DNA of 64,000 nt from assembly GCA_965217115.1 (NCBI GenBank), contig OZ244239.1, positions 902,392-966,391 on the forward strand, written 5' to 3'. A model generated the notes under the pieces. That model saw only the letters and a list, made by a program, of their open reading frames with translations, was not told the DNA's origin and searched no databases. Shown piece by piece: positions 10,022 through 17,577 of the stretch (the stretch's first letter is position 1; every line of letters begins with the position of its first letter). The translations under genes were made by a program, and so were the position numbers. This DNA comes from Bdellovibrionales bacterium. GTDB taxonomy: Bacteria > Bdellovibrionota > Bdellovibrionia > Bdellovibrionales > CAYMLA01.

Positions 10022-11092
10022 TCAGATCAAGAGCTCTGGACGTCCTTCATATTTAGACGTCAATTGACCACAGGCTGCATAAATATCTCTACCCATGGTT
10101 TTACGTAAAAGAACATGAACTCCATTGTCCATTAATTCCTCGCGAAAGCGTTCCACCTGCCCATTGCTCGGTCGAACATAATCAGCATCCTCATGCTCAT
10201 TAAAGGGAATTATGTTCACCTTGCAGGGAATTGATTTAGCTATTTCAGCTAAACGTCTAGCGTCAGCAAGAGAGTCTGTCACTCCTTTAAGTAATACATA
10301 CTCAACAGTCACCTTGTCCTTTGTGATTCTTGCGTGTTTTCGACAGGCCTCTAACAATTGTTCAATGGAGTGCTTTTTATTGATCGGCATAATCTCAGAA
10401 CGAACGGCGTTGGAGCTACCATTGAGTGAAACAGCCAAACGCACTCTGGCTTGAGTGACCAATGGAATTTGCTCCACCAGACCAGAAGTTGATACTGTGA
10501 TCTTCTTTCTTGATATATTCATCCCCCAAGGAGAGTGTAAAACTTCAATCGCTTTAAATACAGCTTCGGGATTATCAAGTGGCTCCCCCATTCCCATAAA
10601 AACAATATTCGTAATACGCTGACCCTCTTCTATAAGATTAGAAGCCCCAACAAACTGCCCGACAATTTCTCTGGCACTTAACCGTTTCTTTAGTTTTCTT
10701 TTGCCCGTAAAACAAAACTTACAACCAAGATTACAACCAACCTCCGATGACACACACAAAGTCAAACGCCCATCAGAAGGAATTAAAACAGCCTCGACCG
10801 TCATTGCTACTTGACGATCATCAATCACTTCGCTGACATCAAAAAGAAACTTCTGTGTCCCATCCACACTGATTTTATGTTCCACAACTTTAGGCAAAGA
10901 AAAATTTAGCAACTGAGGCAACTCTTCGCGAAATTTTTTTGAAAGGTTCGTCATTTGCTCAACGTCAGTCACTCCTTTTTCATAAACCCATTTAAAAATC
11001 TGCTGAGCACGAAACTTGGCCTTACCCAAAATCTCCAATCGACTTTGTAAATCATCCAAACTCAAATCATAAAAATAACTCTTTTCCTTCAA
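10022..11092 (-). CDS. rlmN: 23S rRNA/tRNA (adenine-C2)-methyltransferase, radical SAM
   Basis: 356 aa. Has 'RAQQIFKWVY', the radical-SAM cluster 'CNLGCKFCFTG', 'MGMGEPL' and C-terminal 'AACGQL'. Confidence 0.92.
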   Translation of the reverse strand: MKEKSYFYDLSLDDLQSRLEILGKAKFRAQQIFKWVYEKGVTDVEQMTNLSKKFREELPQLLNFSLPKVVEHKISVDGTQKFLFDVSEVIDDRQVAMTVEAVLIPSDGRLTLCVSSEVGCNLGCKFCFTGKRKLKKRLSAREIVGQFVGASNLIEEGQRITNIVFMGMGEPLDNPEAVFKAIEVLHSPWGMNISRKKITVSTSGLVEQIPLVTQARVRLAVSLNGSSNAVRSEIMPINKKHSIEQLLEACRKHARITKDKVTVEYVLLKGVTDSLADARRLAEIAKSIPCKVNIIPFNEHEDADYVRPSNGQVERFREELMDNGVHVLLRKTMGRDIYAACGQLTSKYEGRPELLI

Positions 11093-11195
11093 TCAGCCCT
11101 CCACCAAAGCCCTCTCCTTCTACCACAAACACCAAAATATCTCACCAAAACCCCCTTTAATAATCCATTCTAATCATTTTTTAAGAATTTATTTC

Positions 11196-11248
11196 ACACC
11201 CCCCTCCGTTATTCCCTCCGTTATTCCCCCCGTTGTTCCCAGTCCCCG
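11196..11248 (+). repeat. C-rich 11-12-nt tandem motif (CCCYCCGTTRTT)n preceding hairpin copy A
   Basis: 'cccctccgttatt ccctccgttatt ccccccgttgtt cccagtccccg' read directly from the sequence. Confidence 0.8.
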
Positions 11249-11264
11249 CAAGTTTTCAAATAAA

Positions 11265-11377
11265 TGGTTCAAAGGGTCTTTCATCTTCAAGCGAGTTCGG
11301 ATTGGTGCGCCGCTCGCAAAGCGAGCCGCGCTGCCGAACGAATGTCTGAGCTTGAAGATGGAAGACCCTTTGAACCA
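11265..11377 (+). repeat. GC-rich 113-bp imperfect palindrome, family H, copy A
   Basis: 'tggttcaaagggtctttcatcttcaagc...gcttgaagatggaagaccctttgaacca' around the core 'cgccgctcgcaaagcgagccgcg'. In this copy the palindrome extends into the flanks (aaataaa / tttattt). Confidence 0.9.
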
Positions 11378-11448
11378 TTTATTTCAGACCCAGCTCCCCA
11401 AAACCCATGTTATAGAGAACCATCTTATACAATTCTACTGGGAGAAAT

Positions 11449-11523
11449 AAAGCCCTAGGTAAATAATCAGCCTCTAGCCGACAAGGCTAAGATTTGACGA
11501 CGTACAAAATAAATTATTCCATT
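11449..11523 (+). repeat. 75-bp repeat Q, copy 1
   Basis: 'aagccctaggtaaataatcagcctctagccgacaaggctaagatttgacgacgtacaaaataaattattccatt' is near-identical to 13441-13514. It abuts the LysR stop codon. Confidence 0.85.
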
Positions 11524-12388
11524 ATTCAAGTGAACGTAGACATTTGGCAACTTTTTTCATTTCTGAGCTTTCTGTAGATGATTTTGACTTAACAATATAA
11601 ACATCTCTTTTGATGGGCTTAAAGCCACTTGGGAAATTTTTCTGATATAGCTTATAATCATCTTTAACAATTTGATTGTGAATTTTGGCAATAAAATTTG
11701 GAAGATAAATAACACATAATCCACTCCTTGAAAGTTCTATTGCACTTTCGAGAGTATCAACTCTATGTTGAATTAAGCGTGGAAACTCATGCTCCGGCCA
11801 ACCATCAAGCCCTTTGACACCTGACGGAGCCCCTTTTATTGGTTGTATGGGAGCTACAAAAGGTATTTCCTGAAAATTTAAATTATTAAAAGAACCTTTT
11901 GTTCCGTAAATTGACATTTGAACTTTTGAAATTTTTAAAAAATCTACCCCAGGAGTTGGGATAGGCTCATATGTTATTCCAAAATCTACTATCTTTTTTG
12001 CAACAAATTCTTCTAATTCTCCCTGTCTGGTTTCATAGAGATCTAATTTATAAGTTTCCAACAATGGCTTCAACTTCTTTAAAAAATACGTGCTAAAGAC
12101 CTCAAATGTTGCTATTTTAATATTACTTGATTCAGCTTTTTTATTTATTACACTTAAATCTTCTATTTGATTGATGATGTTCTTAGCTCTCTTATAAATA
12201 ACTACTGCTTCATTGGAGGGCACTATACCTCGGCCTTCGGGTAAAAATAGTTCAAAACCCAGTTCTTCTTCTAATACTTTCAGTGACTTAGACAGCGCAC
12301 CATGGCTCATTCCTATTAGATCAGCGGCACTTCTTAACCCACCAGTTTCAACAACCGTACAAAATTGCTTAAGCCTATTGGTCTCCAT
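11522..12388 (-). CDS. LysR-family transcriptional regulator
   Basis: The HTH 'LKQFCTVVETGGLRSAADLIGMSHGALSKSLKVLEEELG' begins right after the Met at 12388. The upstream 80 codons of the ORF-track call are hydrophobic read-through and were trimmed. Divergent from 12493 (+). Confidence 0.85.
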   Translation of the reverse strand: METNRLKQFCTVVETGGLRSAADLIGMSHGALSKSLKVLEEELGFELFLPEGRGIVPSNEAVVIYKRAKNIINQIEDLSVINKKAESSNIKIATFEVFSTYFLKKLKPLLETYKLDLYETRQGELEEFVAKKIVDFGITYEPIPTPGVDFLKISKVQMSIYGTKGSFNNLNFQEIPFVAPIQPIKGAPSGVKGLDGWPEHEFPRLIQHRVDTLESAIELSRSGLCVIYLPNFIAKIHNQIVKDDYKLYQKNFPSGFKPIKRDVYIVKSKSSTESSEMKKVAKCLRSLE

Positions 12389-12436
12389 ATAGAAACAGAT
12401 ATATAAAATAATTCGATATACGGCAACAATAAAAAT

Positions 12437-12446
12437 GAATATATTC
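12437..12446. promoter_or_regulatory. Perfect 10-bp palindrome GAATATATTC in the LysR/divergent-gene intergenic region (candidate operator)
   Basis: Read directly from the sequence. Its position between divergent starts (12388 and 12493) fits LysR autoregulation. No experimental support. Confidence 0.2.
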
Positions 12447-12492
12447 CGACCTTCTTGAGAAATCAATAAAGGTCTAAAACCGAGGAGGAGAT

Positions 12493-12858
12493 ATGAAAAC
12501 AATAATTTTATTATGTTTATTGATAGGGTCACAGCATATTTTTGCTGCCAGTTGTGACATTGAAAAAGGGCACTACTTAATATTAAAGGTTGATCAACTA
12601 AAGGTAAAAGTAGATTCTTGTGACCCAACTCCAGGGTGGGGCCAGGGAAGAGCTCATTTTGCTACATTTGATAAAAATGATTTAGCTCGAGCAAAGCGAG
12701 AACTACTTACCAAGCATCACCCCCTGATACCTGACCGTTGTCAATTACTAGGAACAGGTGATATTGAAATTATAAGTAATCGTAGTCTTTGTAGCTTCTC
12801 AGGGGTAGACGAAGCAACAGCAAATTTCACCGTAAGATATAAGTGTCACTTATTCTGA
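12493..12858 (+). CDS. Small secreted protein, unknown function
   Basis: 121 aa. SD 'gaggagg' lies 4 nt upstream. Signal peptide 'MKTIILLCLLIGSQHIFA', five Cys. Confidence 0.6.
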   Translation: MKTIILLCLLIGSQHIFAASCDIEKGHYLILKVDQLKVKVDSCDPTPGWGQGRAHFATFDKNDLARAKRELLTKHHPLIPDRCQLLGTGDIEIISNRSLCSFSGVDEATANFTVRYKCHLF

Positions 12859-12939
12859 TTTAATGTAACTGTTCCTTTAATTCTGTGCAGAGGACGGTAT
12901 GCTAATAAATGTATTTAATAGAGTTAAGGGAAGTGAGAC

Positions 12940-13449
12940 ATGTTATCAAATTTTAAGTTAATTGAATTTTCATCAATAATGTTACTTATTCTAGGTAGTC
13001 TCTCTTTTGCAGGAGTTAAAAACGAAGAGGTTATCTATAAAAAATTGATTCTCAAAGCCAGTAAAGAACAGATTTGGTCTACATTGACTGATCAAAATGA
13101 ACTGGGCAAATGGTGGAATAAAGGAGTCAGACTTGAACCATATGTCGGTGGACAATTCTATGAACCTTGGGGAGAGGGGCAATTAGCCACTGGGAAAGTA
13201 GTAGATTTAAAATTTCAAAAGTTTATAAAGTTTACTTGGAAAGAGAAGTATTGGAATTCTTCTGAAAGTACAGTTTGTACATTTTTTCTAGAGAAAGTAG
13301 AAAAAGGGACGGTCTTAAAAATTCATCATTCTGGCTGGGAGTCTATTAAAGAATTAAGTAAAAGAAAAAAACTAATTGAAGGATTTCAGAAGGGCTGGGA
13401 CCTTCTTTTACCAAAATTGAAGAAATATGTTGAATCGGAAAAGCCCTAG
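12940..13449 (+). CDS. SRPBCC-superfamily (AHSA1/START-like) protein with N-terminal signal/anchor
   Basis: 'ILKASKEQIWSTLTDQNELGKWW...GG.F...W' is typical of the Aha1-like SRPBCC family. The stop codon lies inside repeat Q copy 2. Confidence 0.75.
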   Translation: MLSNFKLIEFSSIMLLILGSLSFAGVKNEEVIYKKLILKASKEQIWSTLTDQNELGKWWNKGVRLEPYVGGQFYEPWGEGQLATGKVVDLKFQKFIKFTWKEKYWNSSESTVCTFFLEKVEKGTVLKIHHSGWESIKELSKRKKLIEGFQKGWDLLLPKLKKYVESEKP

Positions 13450-13514
13450 GTAAATAATCAGGCTCTAGCCGACAAGGCTAAGATTTGACGACGTACAAAA
13501 TAAATTATTCCATT
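13441..13514 (+). repeat. 75-bp repeat Q, copy 2
   Basis: Near-identical to 11449-11523. It spans the SRPBCC stop codon and ends 12 nt before the next gene's ATG. Confidence 0.85.
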
Positions 13515-13526
13515 GGATTATCAGAT

Positions 13527-14117
13527 ATGAATACTAAAAAAGAAAGTTGGAATGATTATTACAAAAAAATAAGCAGAAAACCTCCTAGCCTATTACTTAA
13601 GGTGGCCTTAAATGAGGTTAAGCAGATTGGTATTGCTTATGACTTAGGGGCTGGAGCAGGAGTTGACTCAAAATTTCTAGCCAAACAAGGTTGGAATGTT
13701 TTTGCTGTAGATAAAGAACCGTCATCTATTAATTTTATTAGGAAAATCAAAACAGTGAGAGGTGATATTAAACCTGTTTTATCTAACTTTGAAGAATTAA
13801 CTCTTCAAAAAGCCCATCTTATATTTGCATCATTTTCTTTACCGTTTTGTAGCCCGTGTAAATTTCCATTTTTATGGAACAAAATACAATCATCACTGGT
13901 CGGCGGGGGCATATTGGCTGGAACATTGCTTGGAAATAACGATAGTTGGGTCAAAGATTCTAACGGAGGAATGACATTTCAAACAAATAAACAGATTCTC
14001 GATTTATTTGAAGATTATGAAATTTTATATTTCGATGAACAGGAAGAGGATCGTCCAACGGCTCTAGGAAAGCAAAAGCACTGGCATGTATACAGTTTTG
14101 TAGTCCGAAAACACTAG
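13527..14117 (+). CDS. Class I SAM-dependent methyltransferase (TehB-like size)
   Basis: Motif I 'AYDLGAGAGVDSKFLAKQGWNVFAVDKEP'. ATG 13527 is preferred over the TTG at 13485, which lies inside repeat Q. Confidence 0.8.
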   Translation: MNTKKESWNDYYKKISRKPPSLLLKVALNEVKQIGIAYDLGAGAGVDSKFLAKQGWNVFAVDKEPSSINFIRKIKTVRGDIKPVLSNFEELTLQKAHLIFASFSLPFCSPCKFPFLWNKIQSSLVGGGILAGTLLGNNDSWVKDSNGGMTFQTNKQILDLFEDYEILYFDEQEEDRPTALGKQKHWHVYSFVVRKH

Positions 14118-14151
14118 GTTCTGAGGCGAATTAAAAATCACAAAGCTCAGG
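14114..14151 (+). repeat. 38-bp post-ORF repeat S, copy 1
   Basis: 'ctaggttctgaggcgaattaaaaatcacaaagctcagg' includes the stop codon TAG of the methyltransferase gene. It recurs at 16208 and 17059. Confidence 0.85.
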
Positions 14152-14173
14152 CTTTTAAGATGCCTCCCGTAAA

Positions 14174-14230
14174 GAAGATGAAAGCCCCTTTGAACCAACC
14201 TTATCTACCAAAAGTTAAGTCCTCTCTTTA
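14174..14230 (+). repeat. Truncated H (right arm only) plus tail T
   Basis: 'gaagatgaaagcccctttgaacca' followed by 'accttatctaccaaaagttaagtcctctcttta'. Confidence 0.85.
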
Positions 14231-14281
14231 ACCCCCGCTGTTCCCCCCGTTGTTCCCAATCCCCGCTGTTCCCAGTCCACG
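14231..14281 (+). repeat. C-rich 11-12-nt tandem motif (CCCCCGYTGTT)n
   Basis: 'acccccgctgtt ccccccgttgtt cccaatccccgctgtt cccagtccacg'. Confidence 0.8.
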
Positions 14282-14297
14282 CAAGTTTTCAAATAAA

Positions 14298-14410
14298 TAG
14301 TTCAAAGGGTCTTTTATCTTCAAGCGAGTTCGGATTGGTGCGCCGCTCGCAAAGCGAGCTGCGCTGCCGAACGAATGTCTGAGCTTGAAGATGAAAGCCC
14401 CTTTGAACCA
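14298..14410 (+). repeat. H palindromic repeat, copy B (followed by tail T at 14411-14445)
   Basis: Same 113-bp sequence as copy A with a few substitutions. Preceded by 'caagttttcaaataaa'. Confidence 0.9.
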
Positions 14411-14467
14411 CGCCTTATTTGCCAAAAGTTAAGTTCTCTATTTAGTCCCCAACCTCTCAGCCAAAGC

Positions 14468-14560
14468 CTCTTTTTAAAACTCTAAATTGACAATCTACGC
14501 AAGGGGTTAGACACCTCAAAAACTCTCAGGCATCGATAAATTGATGTCTAAGCTATTTTC
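14468..14560 (+). repeat. ~95-bp repeat U, copy 1
   Basis: 'ctttttaaaactctaaattgacaatctacgcaaggggttagacacctcaaaaactctcagg...' is about 80% identical by eye to 15417-15510. Confidence 0.75.
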
Positions 14561-14675
14561 TCCATGGCATAGAATATGCTGTCTAAAGTCTTGAAATTAA
14601 TGGTATCAGTCTGATTTAGGAGAATTAAATGAAAAAATTATTATTTTTAACAACTATTATTTTGAGGGTATGCCT

Positions 14676-14948
14676 GTGAGATTAGTAAGAACTATCACTA
14701 TCGCTTTAAGTATTTTTTTGAGCTTTGCTGTGTTAGCAAGCGACTATGAGTGTTCAGGATTATTTATGAAGTGCTCTGAAGGAGAAGAAATACATCACCT
14801 TACTAGATTGTCAGAATCTGAATGTAGTGGATCATATGAGGGATGTAGGCAGTACTTAAAAAACGAATTAAAGAACTTACGGAAAGTAAAAAAAACTGAA
14901 GTGTTTTGCTATTTCGATGAATACCGTAACGAAGCTATCTGTTTATAA
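14676..14948 (+). CDS. Small Cys-rich secreted protein, unknown function
   Basis: Signal peptide '(M)RLVRTITIALSIFLSFAVLA' and 7 Cys in the mature part. GTG 14676 has SD 'gaggg' 7 nt upstream. An in-frame ATG at 14670 is the alternative start. Confidence 0.5.
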   Translation: MRLVRTITIALSIFLSFAVLASDYECSGLFMKCSEGEEIHHLTRLSESECSGSYEGCRQYLKNELKNLRKVKKTEVFCYFDEYRNEAICL

Positions 14949-15001
14949 CTAGATTAGTAAAGATGGTTTAAGATGTAAAATACACTCAGCAGGAATACTC
15001 T

Positions 15002-15026
15002 CTGCAAAGATAAGAGTTCTTTGCAG
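15002..15026 (+). terminator. Stem-loop downstream of the 14948 stop (8-bp stem CTGCAAAG / CTTTGCAG, 9-nt loop)
   Basis: Read directly from the sequence. No immediate U-tract follows, so terminator function is uncertain. Confidence 0.3.
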
Positions 15027-15093
15027 CAGCTTGAACAAAGAAATTTCTTTTTCACCTAAGGTTTCTTCTAAAACATGATCCAAAATATACGAG

Positions 15094-15172
15094 CCAAACG
15101 AATGCCTGAGCTTAAAGATGAAAGCCCCTTTGAACCAACCTTATCTACCAAAAGTTAAGTTCTCTATTTAGT
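15094..15172 (+). repeat. Truncated H (right ~44 bp) plus tail T
   Basis: 'ccaaacgaatgcctgagcttaaagatgaaagcccctttgaacca' + 'accttatctaccaaaagttaagttctctatttagtcc'. Confidence 0.85.
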
Positions 15173-15251
15173 CCTTAAGATCCCACCAAACAAGGCACAC
15201 ACCCCGCCCCTTGCCCCCGCTGTTCCCAGTCCCCGCAAGTTTTCAAATAAA

Positions 15252-15364
15252 TGGTTCAAAGGGTCTTTTATCTTCAAGCGAGTTCGGATTGGTGCGCCGC
15301 TCGCAAAGCGAGCCGCGCTGCCGAACGAATGTCTGAGCTTGAAGATGGAAGACCCTTTGAACCA
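15252..15364 (+). repeat. H palindromic repeat, copy C (tail T at 15365-15398)
   Basis: Near-identical to copies A, D and E. Preceded by the C-rich motif and 'caagttttcaaataaa'. Confidence 0.9.
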
Positions 15365-15416
15365 GCCTTACCTACCAAAAGTTAAGTCCTCTCTTTAGTC
15401 TGCTGCCCCAGAAAAA

Positions 15417-15510
15417 ACTCTTTTTAAAACTCTAAACTGACAATCTGTGCAAGGGATTAGACACCTCAGAAAAGCTCAGTTACCGATAGATTTATGTCTG
15501 AGCTGTTTTT
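15417..15510 (+). repeat. ~95-bp repeat U, copy 2
   Basis: 'ctttttaaaactctaaactgacaatctgtgcaagggattagacacctcagaaaagctcag...' parallels 14468-14560. A degenerate Q-like stretch follows at 15531-15570. Confidence 0.75.
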
Positions 15511-15765
15511 TCGATGAGCGGTAAATAATTGATCCCCAGCCAACAGGACTAGAATATCATAGCGAGGCCACTGGAAAGTGGTCTTTTTCCTTTGGGGCCG
15601 GAAAACGTCACTTCTAAAAGCAATCCCCGAAAAAATTGAAAAATTTACATCACTCGATGATTTTCCCCTTAAAAGTGCACGAATCAGTTATAATAATTCA
15701 AACAATATCAATCAAATTTAAGAGAATTTGTCCCCCAAGGAAATAGAACGATATCAAGAGGAGAA

Positions 15766-16176
15766 ATGATGAAAAAAATATTAATTGGTTTAACTCTTTT
15801 AATGTCCGTTACAGTTTTTGCTGAGAAAAGGATTATCACCTGCTCAAATACGGCTATCACAGTTCATTCGGAGAATATTATCGGAGGGGAATTCACTGTG
15901 ACGCCTTCTAAAGGAATTCAGCATAAACTAACTATCAAATTGGAAGGAGGAGCAGATTCAATTTTTTGGGCTACTTCAGACACTTCTCAAGAACAACTTT
16001 TTGCTGGAGGCATCATGCATAATGCCAGTAGCTTAACCATGTTTCCTGGCGGTAATAAAGCAATGTTGTCCTTCGAAGGCGATATTTATCCTTTGGTGTG
16101 TGATAAAAAATGGAGTACTGAGTTGAGTAAATGGCTTGAAGAATGGCACCAAAGGGAGAAAAGGTGGTCTTGGTAG
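15766..16176 (+). CDS. Secreted protein, unknown function
   Basis: 136 aa. SD 'agaggag' upstream. Signal peptide 'MMKKILIGLTLLMSVTVFA'. Confidence 0.55.
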   Translation: MMKKILIGLTLLMSVTVFAEKRIITCSNTAITVHSENIIGGEFTVTPSKGIQHKLTIKLEGGADSIFWATSDTSQEQLFAGGIMHNASSLTMFPGGNKAMLSFEGDIYPLVCDKKWSTELSKWLEEWHQREKRWSW

Positions 16177-16207
16177 TAAACTCATTAACTAGACAGATTT
16201 TTTTTCA

Positions 16208-16245
16208 CTAGGTTCTGAGGCTAATTAAAAATCACAAAACTCAGG
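16208..16245 (+). repeat. Post-ORF repeat S, copy 2 (no H follows)
   Basis: 'ctaggttctgaggctaattaaaaatcacaaaactcagg'. Confidence 0.8.
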
Positions 16246-16299
16246 AACTCTAAACGAATCGAACAAATAAACCATTAGTTTATCGAGGATAGAAAGACT

Positions 16300-17058
16300 T
16301 TGAGATTACTTTTAATATTGTTTTTTTCTGCATTTATATTTAGTGATACCTCTTGGGCTTCTTCTTCATGTGCAGACTTTCTCGGGAGTTCATTCAGAAG
16401 TGAAAGTCGTGTTATTACGACCGATACAATAGTTAAAAAAAGTGATGCTCCCATCTTAATGAAAGATATTTTAGGTTTTGTATATTACACTAAATTAAAT
16501 TGGAAAAATTTTATATCTAAACATCGAAGAAAGGTTCGTTTATATGATACTGATTGGAGCAGAGAGAATTTCCTTAAGGAACAATTACTCTTACCTAAAG
16601 ACTTAAAGCCTGATGAGCGAAAGATTATCTTAAAAATAAAGAGAGAGACATCACCGGAATCAAAACATTATAAAAAGGCGCAAGAATTAGAAGGGACTCC
16701 AGATATTATTGGAGTTGAGTCTGCTATTTTGAAAATTAAACTTAAAAGCAACGACATTTATTATGCTGAACACACTTCAAATAGAGAGACATCAATAAAA
16801 GTTCAAGATATTCTTTCAGCATTATCTGGAATAGGAAGAAAAAAGAATTTCTCGCCAAATGATATTGCAGAATTACACTTTTTCCATAATCATCCAGGAA
16901 TAACTCAACCTATCTCAAAGCCTGATGTGGGAGTTGCCAAGAAATTTGTAAAAATTTTTGGTGATAATAATCCCGATTTTAAATTTCACATGTATGCAAT
17001 TAGTTTTGAAAATAGTCTTCGTCCAACACTTATCTTTCATGCTGGGTTTCAGAATTGA
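16300..17058 (+). CDS. Secreted protein with a JAB/MPN+ (JAMM) metalloprotease motif
   Basis: TTG start with 'gagga' 10 nt upstream. Signal peptide 'MRLLLILFFSAFIFSDTSWA'. 'HFFHNHPGITQPISKPD' matches H-x-H-x7-S-x2-D exactly, with a candidate upstream Glu in 'YYAEHTS'. Confidence 0.6.
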   Translation: MRLLLILFFSAFIFSDTSWASSSCADFLGSSFRSESRVITTDTIVKKSDAPILMKDILGFVYYTKLNWKNFISKHRRKVRLYDTDWSRENFLKEQLLLPKDLKPDERKIILKIKRETSPESKHYKKAQELEGTPDIIGVESAILKIKLKSNDIYYAEHTSNRETSIKVQDILSALSGIGRKKNFSPNDIAELHFFHNHPGITQPISKPDVGVAKKFVKIFGDNNPDFKFHMYAISFENSLRPTLIFHAGFQN

Positions 17059-17096
17059 CTAGGTTCTGAGGCGAATTAAAAATCACAAAGCTCAGG
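17059..17096 (+). repeat. Post-ORF repeat S, copy 3
   Basis: Identical to copy 1. Starts immediately after the TGA stop at 17056-17058. Confidence 0.85.
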
Positions 17097-17118
17097 CTTT
17101 TAAGATGCCTCCCGCAAA

Positions 17119-17166
17119 GAAGATGAAAGCCCCCTTTGAACCAACCTTATCTACCAAAAGTTAAGT
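17119..17166 (+). repeat. Truncated H (right arm) plus tail T
   Basis: 'gaagatgaaagccccctttgaacca' + 'accttatctaccaaaagttaagtc'. Confidence 0.85.
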
Positions 17167-17230
17167 CCGTTGTTCCCCCGCTGTTCCCCATTGTCCCCCC
17201 CCCTGTTCCCCCCGCTGTTCCCAGTCCCCG
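17167..17230 (+). repeat. C-rich 11-12-nt tandem motif, longest array
   Basis: 'cgttgtt cccccgctgtt ccccattgt ccccccccctgtt ccccccgctgtt cccagtccccg'. Confidence 0.8.
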
Positions 17231-17246
17231 CAAGTTTTCAAATAAA

Positions 17247-17359
17247 TGGTTCAAAGGGTCTTTTATCTTCAAGCGAGTTCGGATTGGTGCGCCGCTCGCA
17301 AAGCGAGCCGCGCTGCCGAACGAATGTCTGAGCTTGAAGATGGAAGACCCTTTGAACCA
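17247..17359 (+). repeat. H palindromic repeat, copy D (tail T at 17360-17392)
   Basis: Full 113-bp copy, in tandem with copy E about 215 bp downstream. Confidence 0.9.
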
Positions 17360-17461
17360 GCCTTATCTACCAAAAGTTAAGTCCTCTATATAGGCCTTAA
17401 GCCCCCCACCGAACACCCCATACCTTCGCTGTTCCCAGTCCACGCAAGTTTTCAAATAAAA

Positions 17462-17574
17462 TGGTTCAAAGGGTCTTTCATCTTCAAGCGAGTTCGGATT
17501 GGTGCGCCGCTCGCAAAGCGAGCTGCGCTGCCGAACGAATGTCTGAGCTTGAAGATGGAAGACCCTTTGAACCA
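17462..17574 (+). repeat. H palindromic repeat, copy E (tail T overlaps the hldA-like stop codon)
   Basis: Full copy. The tail 'gccttatctgccagaagttaagttctctatgtagg' at 17575-17608 contains the TAA stop (17578-17580, minus strand) of the neighbouring gene. Confidence 0.9.
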
Positions 17575-17577
17575 GCC

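Noticed and set aside
11264-11458. ORF-track ORFs inside the H/T repeat junctions (11264-11458 +, 14228-14425 -, 17136-17393 +)
   Set aside because: They are translations of the palindromic and C-rich repeat DNA. Reading frame and strand differ between copies, they have no SD or start context, and their composition is low-complexity. They are treated as non-coding repeat sequence.
12389-12628. 80-codon N-terminal extension of the LysR ORF (track start 12628)
   Set aside because: The extension is hydrophobic and low-complexity and would overlap the divergent gene's start and SD at 12482-12495. The LysR HTH begins right after Met 12388.
13485-13526. TTG start at 13485 for the methyltransferase
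   Set aside because: The 14 extra codons lie inside repeat Q, which is non-coding at its other copy. ATG 13527 gives a normal N-terminus.
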